Shown here: piece after piece, positions 38,235-46,640 of the stretch
Position numbering within the stretch: position 1 is the stretch's first letter
How the letters are laid out: each line of letters opens with the position of its first letter
NCBI GenBank assembly: GCA_016208765.1
Contig: JACQXK010000085.1
Span: forward strand, 4,814-68,813
Source: Candidatus Omnitrophota bacterium
GTDB lineage: Bacteria; Omnitrophota; Gorgyraeia; Gygaellales; Profunditerraquicolaceae
Direction: 5' to 3'
Length of the DNA stretch: 64,000 nucleotides
Translations under genes and position numbers: made by a program
Notes under the pieces: model-generated
What the model saw: only the letters and a program-made list of their open reading frames with translations
What the model was told of the DNA's origin: nothing
The model's database searches: none

Positions 38235-38782
38235 CAATAACTAAAGAATGGCTCAAAGAGAAGTTAGCTTGTAAAGAAGGGGTGGATTGGTTTGTAAATC
38301 AACAAGAAACAGAAGGTATTAAAATTGTTGAAAAGCTTGTTCAGGAGGATAGATTACAATGGGCTAATTGGCTTATTGTAAGGATTATGACTAAAAAGCA
38401 ATATGTTTCTTATGCTGTTTATTCTGCGGAACAAGTAATTGATATTTATGAAAAGAAATACCCAGAGGATAAAAGGCCACGAAACGCTATTGAAGCAGCG
38501 AAGAAATGTATAGAAAACCCAAGCGAAGAAAATAAGAAGGCTGCTGCTTCTGCTGCTACTTCTGCTCATGCTGCTGCTGCTGCTCATGCTGCTTATTCTG
38601 CTTCTGCTGCTTCTGCTGCTTATTCTGCTGCTGCTTCTGCTGCTTCTGCTGCTTATTCTGCTTCTGCTGCTTCTGCTGCTTATTCTGCTGCTGCTGCTTC
38701 TGCTGCTTATTCTGCTGCTGCTTATGTTGCAAGAAAAAACATTTTAGAATATGGGTTAGAATTACTAAGGAGTGTGGAATGA
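38231..38782 (+). CDS. Imm5-like phage protein with Ala-rich tract
   Basis: AEQVIDIYEKKYPEDKRPRNAIEAAKK motif followed by A/S/Y repeats. Confidence 0.7.
   Translation: MTITKEWLKEKLACKEGVDWFVNQQETEGIKIVEKLVQEDRLQWANWLIVRIMTKKQYVSYAVYSAEQVIDIYEKKYPEDKRPRNAIEAAKKCIENPSEENKKAAASAATSAHAAAAAHAAYSASAASAAYSAAASAASAAYSASAASAAYSAAAASAAYSAAAYVARKNILEYGLELLRSVE
38540..38728 (+). repeat. GCT-based codon repeat encoding AAYSA-type units
   Basis: 63 consecutive codons drawn from GCT, TCT, TAT, CAT, ACT and GTT. Confidence 0.9.
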
Positions 38783-39116
38783 ATAATAAAATAATTGATT
38801 TAACTGAAAATGATCGGTTTGAAAAACTTCCCGACGGTTGGATAAGGGATTACAAGGAAGGTAAAGAATGGGGGCCAAGCTCGGAGGAGAAGAACCAACC
38901 GCTGCCGAAGCCGCAGCAATTATTAACTTTGAAGGCGATCCATGTTTATTCCCGATATTTTCCGATACCAAAACGGATGATTACTACGCAACCAAGACTG
39001 AGGTTGCCTGGAATAGGAGCCACGTCCGGGTAGTGAGGTATGGCAACGGCAGCGTGGACTACAGCAATAAGGTCAGCAAGTATTATGTGCGGCCAGTCCG
39101 TCTTTCAAAAGATTAA
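38779..39116 (+). pseudogene. DUF1566 (Lcl C-terminal, C-type lectin fold) gene split over two frames, with DGR-type variable region
   Basis: Frame 1 DRFEKLPDGWIRDYKEGKEW; frame 2 GGEEPTAAEAAAII...GNGSVDYSNKVSKYYVRPVR; frames switch near 38877-38892. Confidence 0.75.
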
Positions 39117-39401
39117 AATGGATTTGCGAACACGATAATCAGCCAATAAAATATACAGTCGGGTAATCACTGTTCCCGAATGAACTGTGGAAAGATGATG
39201 CGGGCAACCCACAGAGAGATTGACAAAAAGCCCGCACAAATTTCAAGGGAGAATAAACCAACATTATGATTTACATTTTAACTTTAATCTGGTTAATGGT
39301 GATATTGAGGGTGATAATATTATGAGATATTCCCTCGCGCGGGTGGGAAAATTCCTTAAGGGAGTTATATATTAAAGATTATTCAATTTATCAAAACGTG
39401 T

Positions 39402-39629
39402 GTGTGGTTTCGGAGGAGGGAGGAGATGCCATTTAAAGAAAGGTATTGTCAGATCAGGGTAAAAGGATGTAAGAGGAGGTTTATCCCTACAAGGTGGTGG
39501 CAAAGAGTCTGCGAGAATCAGGAATGTAAGAAAGCAAACAAGCGCAGGATATCAAGGTTGTGGCGAAAAAGGAATCCAGAGTATCATAAGGAGTATAATA
39601 GGGAGTATGCGGGGATATATTCAAAATAA
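39402..39629 (+). CDS. Small basic Cys-containing phage protein
   Basis: C...C...F.P....QRVC....C pattern; ATG 39426 after GGAGG is the likelier start. Confidence 0.6.
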   Translation: MWFRRREEMPFKERYCQIRVKGCKRRFIPTRWWQRVCENQECKKANKRRISRLWRKRNPEYHKEYNREYAGIYSK

Positions 39630-40008
39630 GAAAAGGAAATTATATTATGACAATGGACATATTGGAGATCCATATGTTGTTTGTTCAAACTGTGGGAAGG
39701 AATTTTATATAAAAGTATGTTGGAAGAAATTTTCATGTCCATATTGTCAAAGAAAATCTATTTTATGGAAAAAGATTAATTCAGTATCTATTCAAATAAA
39801 ATTATTTAATGAACCGTTACCATTAGAAGTTGAAGAAATCATACTTTTATGTTGTTGTTCAGAGAGAGAATTCAAAATAATGTATTATTATCTTTTTGGA
39901 TTTACTTTGTCAGAGATTGCACCTGTTGTAGGAGTAAGTAGAGAAAGAATTAGGCAAATATTGTATTATTTATTTAGAAGATTAAGACACAAAAAACAAG
40001 GGTATTAA
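39607..40008 (+). CDS. Zinc ribbon plus sigma70 region 4 HTH, candidate late regulator
   Basis: CSNC...CPYC and TLSEIAPVVGVSRERIRQI; last gene before the packaging operon. Confidence 0.7.
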   Translation: MRGYIQNKKRKLYYDNGHIGDPYVVCSNCGKEFYIKVCWKKFSCPYCQRKSILWKKINSVSIQIKLFNEPLPLEVEEIILLCCCSEREFKIMYYYLFGFTLSEIAPVVGVSRERIRQILYYLFRRLRHKKQGY

Positions 40009-40024
40009 ATATATCGTTATTTTA

Positions 40025-40052
40025 ATGACAACAACAGATTTTCTGTTATAAA
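40025..40052 (+). promoter_or_regulatory. Late promoter with an operator in its spacer
   Basis: ATGACA (40025-40030), 16 bp, TATAAA (40047-40052), containing ACAG-ATTTT-CTGT (40034-40046). Confidence 0.55.
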
Positions 40053-40088
40053 CTTAAATTGAGGGCGACGGCTCTCATAAGTTCCATT

Positions 40089-40125
40089 AAGCCTGTTTCG
40101 TGCGCACACGAGGCGGGCTTTTTTT
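40089..40125 (+). terminator. Intrinsic terminator upstream of the terminase genes
   Basis: AAGCCTGTTTCGTG-CGCA-CACGAGGCGGGCTT followed by a T run. Confidence 0.75.
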
Positions 40126-40139
40126 ATTAAAATCATTAT

Positions 40140-40583
40140 ATGAAAGACCCTAATAAACATAAACTTACCCACGAAGAACAATATTATGTAAAACTTTGGC
40201 TCGCAGAAGATTGTGGATATTCAGAAGTGCTTTCCCGCCTCAAAGAACAATTTAATAAAGAAGTTATTCCTTGTGCCCTTACATATTACACACATCATTA
40301 CAAAGAAGAAATTCAAAAAATTCGCCATGAAATAAATTCTAATATTCTTAATATTCCAATTGCCAATAAAGAAGTACGATTGCGTAGACGAGAAGAAATT
40401 TATAAAATTTATAAATCAAAGGGTGAATTAGAAAAAGCACGTGCTGTTTTAGATGAAGCCAAGGAAGAAATGGAACCTAAGCAAACAGGTGTCCACGTAG
40501 GAGTGAGGGTTGATAATAGTGATAGACCAAGACGTTCAGAAGAGTGTCTCAATAGAGTTATTGAAGTTCTCGAAAGAAGATAA
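40140..40583 (+). CDS. Terminase small subunit (DUF2280-like)
   Basis: Precedes terL; IPIANKEVRLRR...A..VLDEAKEE motif. Confidence 0.7.
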   Translation: MKDPNKHKLTHEEQYYVKLWLAEDCGYSEVLSRLKEQFNKEVIPCALTYYTHHYKEEIQKIRHEINSNILNIPIANKEVRLRRREEIYKIYKSKGELEKARAVLDEAKEEMEPKQTGVHVGVRVDNSDRPRRSEECLNRVIEVLERR

Positions 40584-42078
40584 AGAAGAGGCGCTTTGTA
40601 AAGCTAAGGCTGAGCGCGCTGCTTTAAACTCTAATCATTTCTGCGAATTCGTCCTTAAGGATGAAAAAGGTCAGCATATCAATCAGGCTGATATACATCG
40701 GGAAATAAATTGGCACATAGATGAATGCCGCAAAAGAAAACTTAATTGTGGGATATTGGCACCTTTCAGGCATGGAAAGACTGAGCAGGTTGTTATCGCA
40801 CGCACATTGCAATTCTTGGGCGAGAATCAGAATAATAGAGTGTTTATAGTCTGTAACGCCGATGATAATGCCGCGGCTCGCGTTGAATCAATAGGCAAGT
40901 ATATTGACCATGACGAGGATTATCATTCTGTGTTCCCAAATGTCCGGGCCGGTGACAAAACACAATGGGGAAGGCATAAATTAGTTGTTAAAAGAGAGAG
41001 CTTGTCTAAGGATGGTTCTGTTGAGGCTTGGGGTATTACGTCATCAGGAACAGGTGCTGGTTGCGATTTTATGATAATTGATGACCCTGTTGACCTGCGT
41101 AACGCGATACTTAACCCTGCAATGCGGCAACAGGTAAAAGAAGCGTTTAAGAATGTCTGGAGCACGCGTTTAGCTCCTAATGGATTTAAGATTTATATTG
41201 CAACATCGTGGCATGATGACGATTTGACATCTGAGCTTCGTAAGAATTCAGAGTGGTGTTTCTTGGTGATAAAGGTATCTGATGACTTCTCAAAATTTGA
41301 TTGTGAGTCGTCGCTAAAAGGTAAATTCAGCATTCCCTTGTGGGATCAATGGCCAAAAGAGAAACTTATCGCTCGTTGCCGAGAAATAGGCACGCGCGCT
41401 TTTAATAGAGGATATCGGCAGTGCGCTTTGTCTGATGAGGATAGGACATTGCCGCATTATTTGCAGGTGTTTAAGCATGGAGTAAGGGTGAGTGATTTAG
41501 TTAGCCCTACTTGGCCGCGTGTCTGCGGCATGGATCCATTTGGTAAATTTGTTGTCATATTTACTCTTGCTTTGGGCCCTGATGGGAAACGATACCCTGT
41601 TGAGATACGCCGAGGTAAGTGGAATTCTACGGAAGCTGTGATGCAGTTAATAGATGCATATCAAACACATCATCATCAGTTAATTGTGGTGGAGAATAAC
41701 GCATCACAGGATGCGATAATCCAATGGGCTATGGAAAAAGGACAGCAACTTCCAATATGGCCATTTACCACAGGCAAACAGAAAGCGGATCCGGAGAATG
41801 GATTGCCAAGTTTAGATGTTGAGTTTGCAAATAATTCTTGGGTCTGTGCCATGGGAAGTGAACATCAGCCGGATTGCGGATGTGGTTTTTGTGTTTGGAA
41901 AAGAGAGATGTCAGAGCATCCAATAGGAGAGGCAGCTGATACTGTTATGGCTTCGTGGTTTGCGCGTGAGGCGGCAAGGGCATTGACTTTTAGAATAACT
42001 GAGCAACCGATGATTAATGAAGACATTGTAACTATGGAAGATGTTGGCCTTGAGCGCGTGGCCATAGGTGACTATTAA
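40510..42078 (+). CDS. Terminase large subunit
   Basis: APFRHGKT Walker A, MIIDD Walker B, GMDP...VE.N...D.VMA nuclease domain; TTG start uncertain. Confidence 0.88.
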   Translation: MIIVIDQDVQKSVSIELLKFSKEDKEEALCKAKAERAALNSNHFCEFVLKDEKGQHINQADIHREINWHIDECRKRKLNCGILAPFRHGKTEQVVIARTLQFLGENQNNRVFIVCNADDNAAARVESIGKYIDHDEDYHSVFPNVRAGDKTQWGRHKLVVKRESLSKDGSVEAWGITSSGTGAGCDFMIIDDPVDLRNAILNPAMRQQVKEAFKNVWSTRLAPNGFKIYIATSWHDDDLTSELRKNSEWCFLVIKVSDDFSKFDCESSLKGKFSIPLWDQWPKEKLIARCREIGTRAFNRGYRQCALSDEDRTLPHYLQVFKHGVRVSDLVSPTWPRVCGMDPFGKFVVIFTLALGPDGKRYPVEIRRGKWNSTEAVMQLIDAYQTHHHQLIVVENNASQDAIIQWAMEKGQQLPIWPFTTGKQKADPENGLPSLDVEFANNSWVCAMGSEHQPDCGCGFCVWKREMSEHPIGEAADTVMASWFAREAARALTFRITEQPMINEDIVTMEDVGLERVAIGDY

Positions 42079-42089
42079 GAGAGGATAGC

Positions 42090-44342
42090 ATGTTTGGATT
42101 AAGCATAGTAAGCAAAAAAGAAATTCAGCAATTAAAGGAAACAGTTACAACATATTCCCGGACACTTGAGGATATTGGCTGGATTAATCTTAGCCTTGAA
42201 AGCAATTCTCAAAATCAATTATTCTCTGAAGGCTTTAAGAAGATGCTTAAGACATGCAAAATTTACTATTACAAGAATCCTCTTGCAGGTCACTGGGTGC
42301 ATTTGACCACTGAGTTTGTGTTTGGTGAAGGTGTTTCGGTTCCAAAGGCTAAGGACAAAAAGATTCAGGAGATAGTAGATAAGTTTTGGAAGGATTCTGA
42401 TAATCAAAGGGCATTAACATCTTTTTCAGCGCAGCATTTGCTTAATAATAAGTTGCAGTATGAGGGCAATTTGTTTTTTGCATTGTTTACCGACGATGAA
42501 GGTAATGTTAGGGTGAGGATATTTAATACTGAGGAAATAGCTGACGTTATAAATGATGCCGATGACAGGATGCGGCCGCGCTTTTATAAGGTTGGAGTAA
42601 GAGACAAGAGATATAATTTTATGTCTGATAGTTATGACATCAGCTTTCAGAAATATATTTATTATCCTGACAAGGATAATTTTAACGTGGAGGATTATAA
42701 CATTCCTGAGGAGAAGATCGGGAAAGGAGCTGTTATATTTCATGTAAAGATAAATTGCGACATAAATGATAAATTTGGGATACCTGAGTTGTATCGCGGA
42801 ATTGACTGGATACGTGCGCATAGGGATATGGCTGGTGATTTAGCAACATTAATAAAATCACTTTCTACATTAGCATGGAAGAAAAAGGTCAAAGGCACTC
42901 CGGCGCAAGTCACCGCATTAAAATCAGCGCTTAATTCTAAGATTGACATGACTAATAGGACGGTGGCCGCAGGATCTGTTCAGTATGAAAACGAGGGTAT
43001 AGATACAGAGCCGATTAATACACCGACAGGCGGCGTTAAGATTGGCACTGATGGGCTTAGGCAAATGAAGCTGATGGTTTGTTCTGCTTCGGGTATATTT
43101 GAGCATTACTTTGGCGATCCTTCTACAGGTAACCTTGCGACAGCAACAAGCATGGAGTTGCCCATGCTTAAAAAGTTTATCATATATCAGAAGTTGTGGG
43201 AGGCAATTATCAATGAGATTCTGCAGTATCAGATAAATCAAAAAATTGACGCGGGATTATTAGAGGGTAGCGTTGATTATGATGAGAAAACAAGCCGAAA
43301 GATTTATGAGACGAGTTTGGATAGGTTAATTGACATAGATTTCCCGCCGATATTAGAGAAAGATTTAAAGGCAATAGGCGAGGCTTTGGATGTGGCAAGA
43401 AGGAATAATTTGATTTCTGATGAGTCAGCGTCACGGATGTTCTTGTTGGCAGCGAATCTTAACAATATTGATGAGGAAATAAAGAAAATAGATTTTACAA
43501 GGCAATTATCTTTTCAAAGCGCAGGGATATTTGGGCAACAGTTACCTAATGGTCAGGATAAGCCAAAAGAGGGGATTCCTAAAAAAGAAGATGCTCCGAT
43601 TAAGGAGGCAATTTATACCCCTAAGCATGAGCCGGGATTAAGATTTGCAAGAAAGACTAATTATGTATTGCAACGCATGAATGGATATCGTAAGGCATTA
43701 GCGACAAGCTTTACTGATTTTAAGAAGAATATAAAGGAATCAACAAAGAGCGCAGGGCCTAAGGGAGTTGTGGTAGGTAATATAGTTGATCTTGATGAAC
43801 ATTTGGCTGGGCTTAAGAAAAGTATGATTAAAGCAGCGGAGAGTTATTTTCCTGTTGCGATTGATATTGGAAAGAAATTTCTGCAGTCACATCTTAAAGA
43901 GCAGAAAGTCAAAGAATCTCTTTTTGAGGCAGCAAATAAGGAAATATCTTTATTGGATGAGAAATTGTCATGGAATGATGAATATGTTTCTACTTCTTTA
44001 ATACCTGATATTAAGAATAAAGTTATGCAAGTTGTTCGCACATCTTATGATAGCGAAGAAGAATTTAATAAGGCAGTTAATGCTGCGATAAATAGTTTTG
44101 AGAGTAGAGTAGAGCAGTACGCCGGGGCATTTTGGCATGTAGAAGAATCGGCGGTAAAGGAAGCTGGTGTTGGCACAGGGTTAAGGGTTAATTTTGTTGG
44201 TGCTGATGATGAGTCAACTTGTGATGGATGTAATAAATCAATGGAAGGAAATCCATATTTAATAGATGAGGCCCCGGAGCCGGGAAGTCATGAGTGTGAT
44301 GGTAGGTGCCGTCACGCATTACAAATTATAGAGGAGGGTTAA
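42090..44342 (+). CDS. Portal protein fused to a Mu gpF-like minor head domain
   Basis: Follows terL; YYYKNPLA, FGIPEL and GDPSTGNLATA portal-like motifs; C-terminal DESTCDGC...HECDGRCRH. Confidence 0.8.
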   Translation: MFGLSIVSKKEIQQLKETVTTYSRTLEDIGWINLSLESNSQNQLFSEGFKKMLKTCKIYYYKNPLAGHWVHLTTEFVFGEGVSVPKAKDKKIQEIVDKFWKDSDNQRALTSFSAQHLLNNKLQYEGNLFFALFTDDEGNVRVRIFNTEEIADVINDADDRMRPRFYKVGVRDKRYNFMSDSYDISFQKYIYYPDKDNFNVEDYNIPEEKIGKGAVIFHVKINCDINDKFGIPELYRGIDWIRAHRDMAGDLATLIKSLSTLAWKKKVKGTPAQVTALKSALNSKIDMTNRTVAAGSVQYENEGIDTEPINTPTGGVKIGTDGLRQMKLMVCSASGIFEHYFGDPSTGNLATATSMELPMLKKFIIYQKLWEAIINEILQYQINQKIDAGLLEGSVDYDEKTSRKIYETSLDRLIDIDFPPILEKDLKAIGEALDVARRNNLISDESASRMFLLAANLNNIDEEIKKIDFTRQLSFQSAGIFGQQLPNGQDKPKEGIPKKEDAPIKEAIYTPKHEPGLRFARKTNYVLQRMNGYRKALATSFTDFKKNIKESTKSAGPKGVVVGNIVDLDEHLAGLKKSMIKAAESYFPVAIDIGKKFLQSHLKEQKVKESLFEAANKEISLLDEKLSWNDEYVSTSLIPDIKNKVMQVVRTSYDSEEEFNKAVNAAINSFESRVEQYAGAFWHVEESAVKEAGVGTGLRVNFVGADDESTCDGCNKSMEGNPYLIDEAPEPGSHECDGRCRHALQIIEEG

Positions 44343-44343
44343 G

Positions 44344-44814
44344 ATGAAGAAGTTATTTCTTTTAGTATTAATGATTTTAGGATTATTCGGGGTCGCATTA
44401 GCCGCAGATAATGCAAGGAATATTGGAAGTAACAAGAACATAGATCATGCGGTTATTGTTGCTGATTTAAGTAATGGATATACCCAAAAGGTAAATGCTA
44501 ATGGAACAGCTGTGGCGGCTGAGGATTTAAAGACAATTGCCTTTGTGAATAGCCAATCTGGAGGAGCTGAGTTGGTGTTAACGGGTGGGGCGACAGTTTA
44601 CGGAATTGTAGTTACAGGCACAACGAACAGTGATTGGGTAGCGGTATATGATGCGACATCTGCGACAGGAACGCCTGTTTTAGATGTGGTTACATCGGCT
44701 AATAACCCAACAGCTACGATTCCGATTCCCGGAGGAAGAAAGTTTTCTAATGGTATCTTTGTTGATTTAGGTACATCAACAACACATGCGGAGATTATGT
44801 ATATTCCGGATTAA
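44344..44814 (+). CDS. Beta-rich protein with Sec signal peptide, in the head module
   Basis: MKKLFLLVLMILGLFGVALA-ADN; GGAGG RBS; VAVYDATSATGT...PGGRKFSNGIFV C-terminal domain. Confidence 0.75.
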   Translation: MKKLFLLVLMILGLFGVALAADNARNIGSNKNIDHAVIVADLSNGYTQKVNANGTAVAAEDLKTIAFVNSQSGGAELVLTGGATVYGIVVTGTTNSDWVAVYDATSATGTPVLDVVTSANNPTATIPIPGGRKFSNGIFVDLGTSTTHAEIMYIPD

Positions 44815-44815
44815 T

Positions 44816-45859
44816 ATGGTTGATAAAGTTATAAAAGCAATACTTTTATTATCACCGATAGTCTATATCAGAAGCGTCGCTATGAATAATTTTGACTTGG
44901 TTATTCTACATATTTCAGCGATGGTTTTATTTGTGGCTACGTTCTTTGATAAGCCTAAGAGGGATTTTGTAGGACAAAAATATATAGTTTATTTGTTGGG
45001 AATTGGATTGTTTAGCGCGGCGATGCATGGGTTTAATTTATTCATCATGGATTACTTAGTCAATGTGTTCCTTGCGGTTGTATGTCTTTATGTCGTTATC
45101 AGGTATTGTCGGGACATTGAAGGGTGTTTTAAATTTATCGTATATGCGGGAATAATTAATATCTTGGTATGGGTGGTTCAGGTGATGGGATTTTCTCCGG
45201 TGATCCCCAATTATAAATACATGGAAACAAATGGAGGAATAATTGGCAACGCGCCAAGACTTTCTATGTATTTAAGCATTATATCACCATTTTTTATCGC
45301 CATGAATAAGATTTGGTGGGTGTTATTAATTCCTATCCCTCTAATTATGCGTGAGGCAAACATCTTAATGGCTTTGTTGTTGTTATTCTTATTAAGTGAT
45401 TTTAGACTTAATTACAAATTATGGGTAATAGCTTTTTTTGCAGGAGCAATGTTTTTATTTCACGATAAGTTAATTAATTCTATTGCGTCAAGAATAACTA
45501 CATACAAAGAGGTTTTGACCGGATTTTTTAATCATCCTGTGAGTGGATATGGATTAGGTATATATCCTTATGGTCAGGAGATGGTTAATACAAAAATAGA
45601 TTATGCAGTTTATAGTAGTTTATTGCAGTTTATTGTTGGAGCGGGGATGTTAAGTATTCCTTTAGTATATGAAACTATTAAACGTTATATTAAGAATTTC
45701 AGCAGGTTTCCAGAAAGCTTATCTTTGGCAATTCTTTTAATGCTTTGTATCGGAGAATATCCTTTAGAGATCAAGAGGCTTTGGATAACTATAATTATGA
45801 TAACTGGATTTTTTGTTATTAGGAGAATTGATGTCGCAAAGCAAAATTGTAACAGTTAA
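44816..45859 (+). CDS. O-antigen ligase/polymerase (WaaL/Wzy_C)-like polytopic membrane protein
   Basis: About 10 hydrophobic segments; GIIGN.....MYL, S..SR...Y.......NHPVSGYGLG and LQF...AG motifs; the usual HN is replaced by YS. Confidence 0.7.
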   Translation: MVDKVIKAILLLSPIVYIRSVAMNNFDLVILHISAMVLFVATFFDKPKRDFVGQKYIVYLLGIGLFSAAMHGFNLFIMDYLVNVFLAVVCLYVVIRYCRDIEGCFKFIVYAGIINILVWVVQVMGFSPVIPNYKYMETNGGIIGNAPRLSMYLSIISPFFIAMNKIWWVLLIPIPLIMREANILMALLLLFLLSDFRLNYKLWVIAFFAGAMFLFHDKLINSIASRITTYKEVLTGFFNHPVSGYGLGIYPYGQEMVNTKIDYAVYSSLLQFIVGAGMLSIPLVYETIKRYIKNFSRFPESLSLAILLMLCIGEYPLEIKRLWITIIMITGFFVIRRIDVAKQNCNS

Positions 45860-46640
45860 TTTTGGATTAAGCAAGGCTGGTTTATCTACTGTCGGATATA
45901 CGCTTAAGAATTATGACGGAACTACAAAACAGAATAGAAGTACTTCCGGAGTAACGGAAATTGTTGCAAGTACGGGAATATATAGCGCTTCTATTAGTTT
46001 TGACGATGATTGGACGGGTATTGTTGTGTGGGATACTGGAGAGGCAAGTCCGCGATATGCTACAGAAACTTATAATATTAATGATTTAGGCGGCGGTGGA
46101 TATGCGGTTATTGCTTCTGATGTCTGGACACAGAAGGAAAAAGAAGATTTGATTGATAAGGTTAATAAGATTTACGAAGGACAGAAAAAGAAAACAAAAT
46201 CTATGCAAGAGGCGTTAGAAGAAAGTAATCGCAAGATAGCTGATGTTAATAATGCTGTATCTTTGTTAAACGAAGTTATAAGAGGTAAAGACGCGAAGTT
46301 TCAAGACATTAAGGAATGCGTGAGTAAGTTAGATAAGCAGTTTAGTGGTGCAATTGAAGCATTAAACAAATCAAGCCTTTTGTCTAATGTCAAGTTGACT
46401 AAAGAGGTTAAAGATAAATTTGAGGCATTAAAAGAGACAGTGTCGTCGGTAAAAAATAGCGTGGACACTCAGGGCATAATTAAGTTAGTTGGTTTGTTAA
46501 GTGAGTCAGTAAATAATATTTCCGATGAAATAGATTTGACAGTAAGGATAGCAACAAAGCTTATAACGACGGAAGATTTGGAGCAGGTTTTAAAGGAGGG
46601 TGGAATCAATGTCCCATCAGGTATTAATAAAAGAGCTTGA
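45831..46640 (+). CDS. Hypothetical protein: beta domain plus long coiled coil
   Basis: AGGAG RBS before ATG 45831; GGGG hinge then heptad-rich helix. Confidence 0.7.
   Translation: MSQSKIVTVNFGLSKAGLSTVGYTLKNYDGTTKQNRSTSGVTEIVASTGIYSASISFDDDWTGIVVWDTGEASPRYATETYNINDLGGGGYAVIASDVWTQKEKEDLIDKVNKIYEGQKKKTKSMQEALEESNRKIADVNNAVSLLNEVIRGKDAKFQDIKECVSKLDKQFSGAIEALNKSSLLSNVKLTKEVKDKFEALKETVSSVKNSVDTQGIIKLVGLLSESVNNISDEIDLTVRIATKLITTEDLEQVLKEGGINVPSGINKRA

Noticed and set aside
38860-38900. Programmed -1 frameshift joining the DUF1566 halves
   Set aside because: No in-phase X XXY YYZ heptamer, and a fusion would still lack the expected helix; deletion fits better.
38779-39400. Complete DGR cassette
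   Set aside because: No reverse transcriptase, Avd or AAC-rich template repeat is visible in this window.
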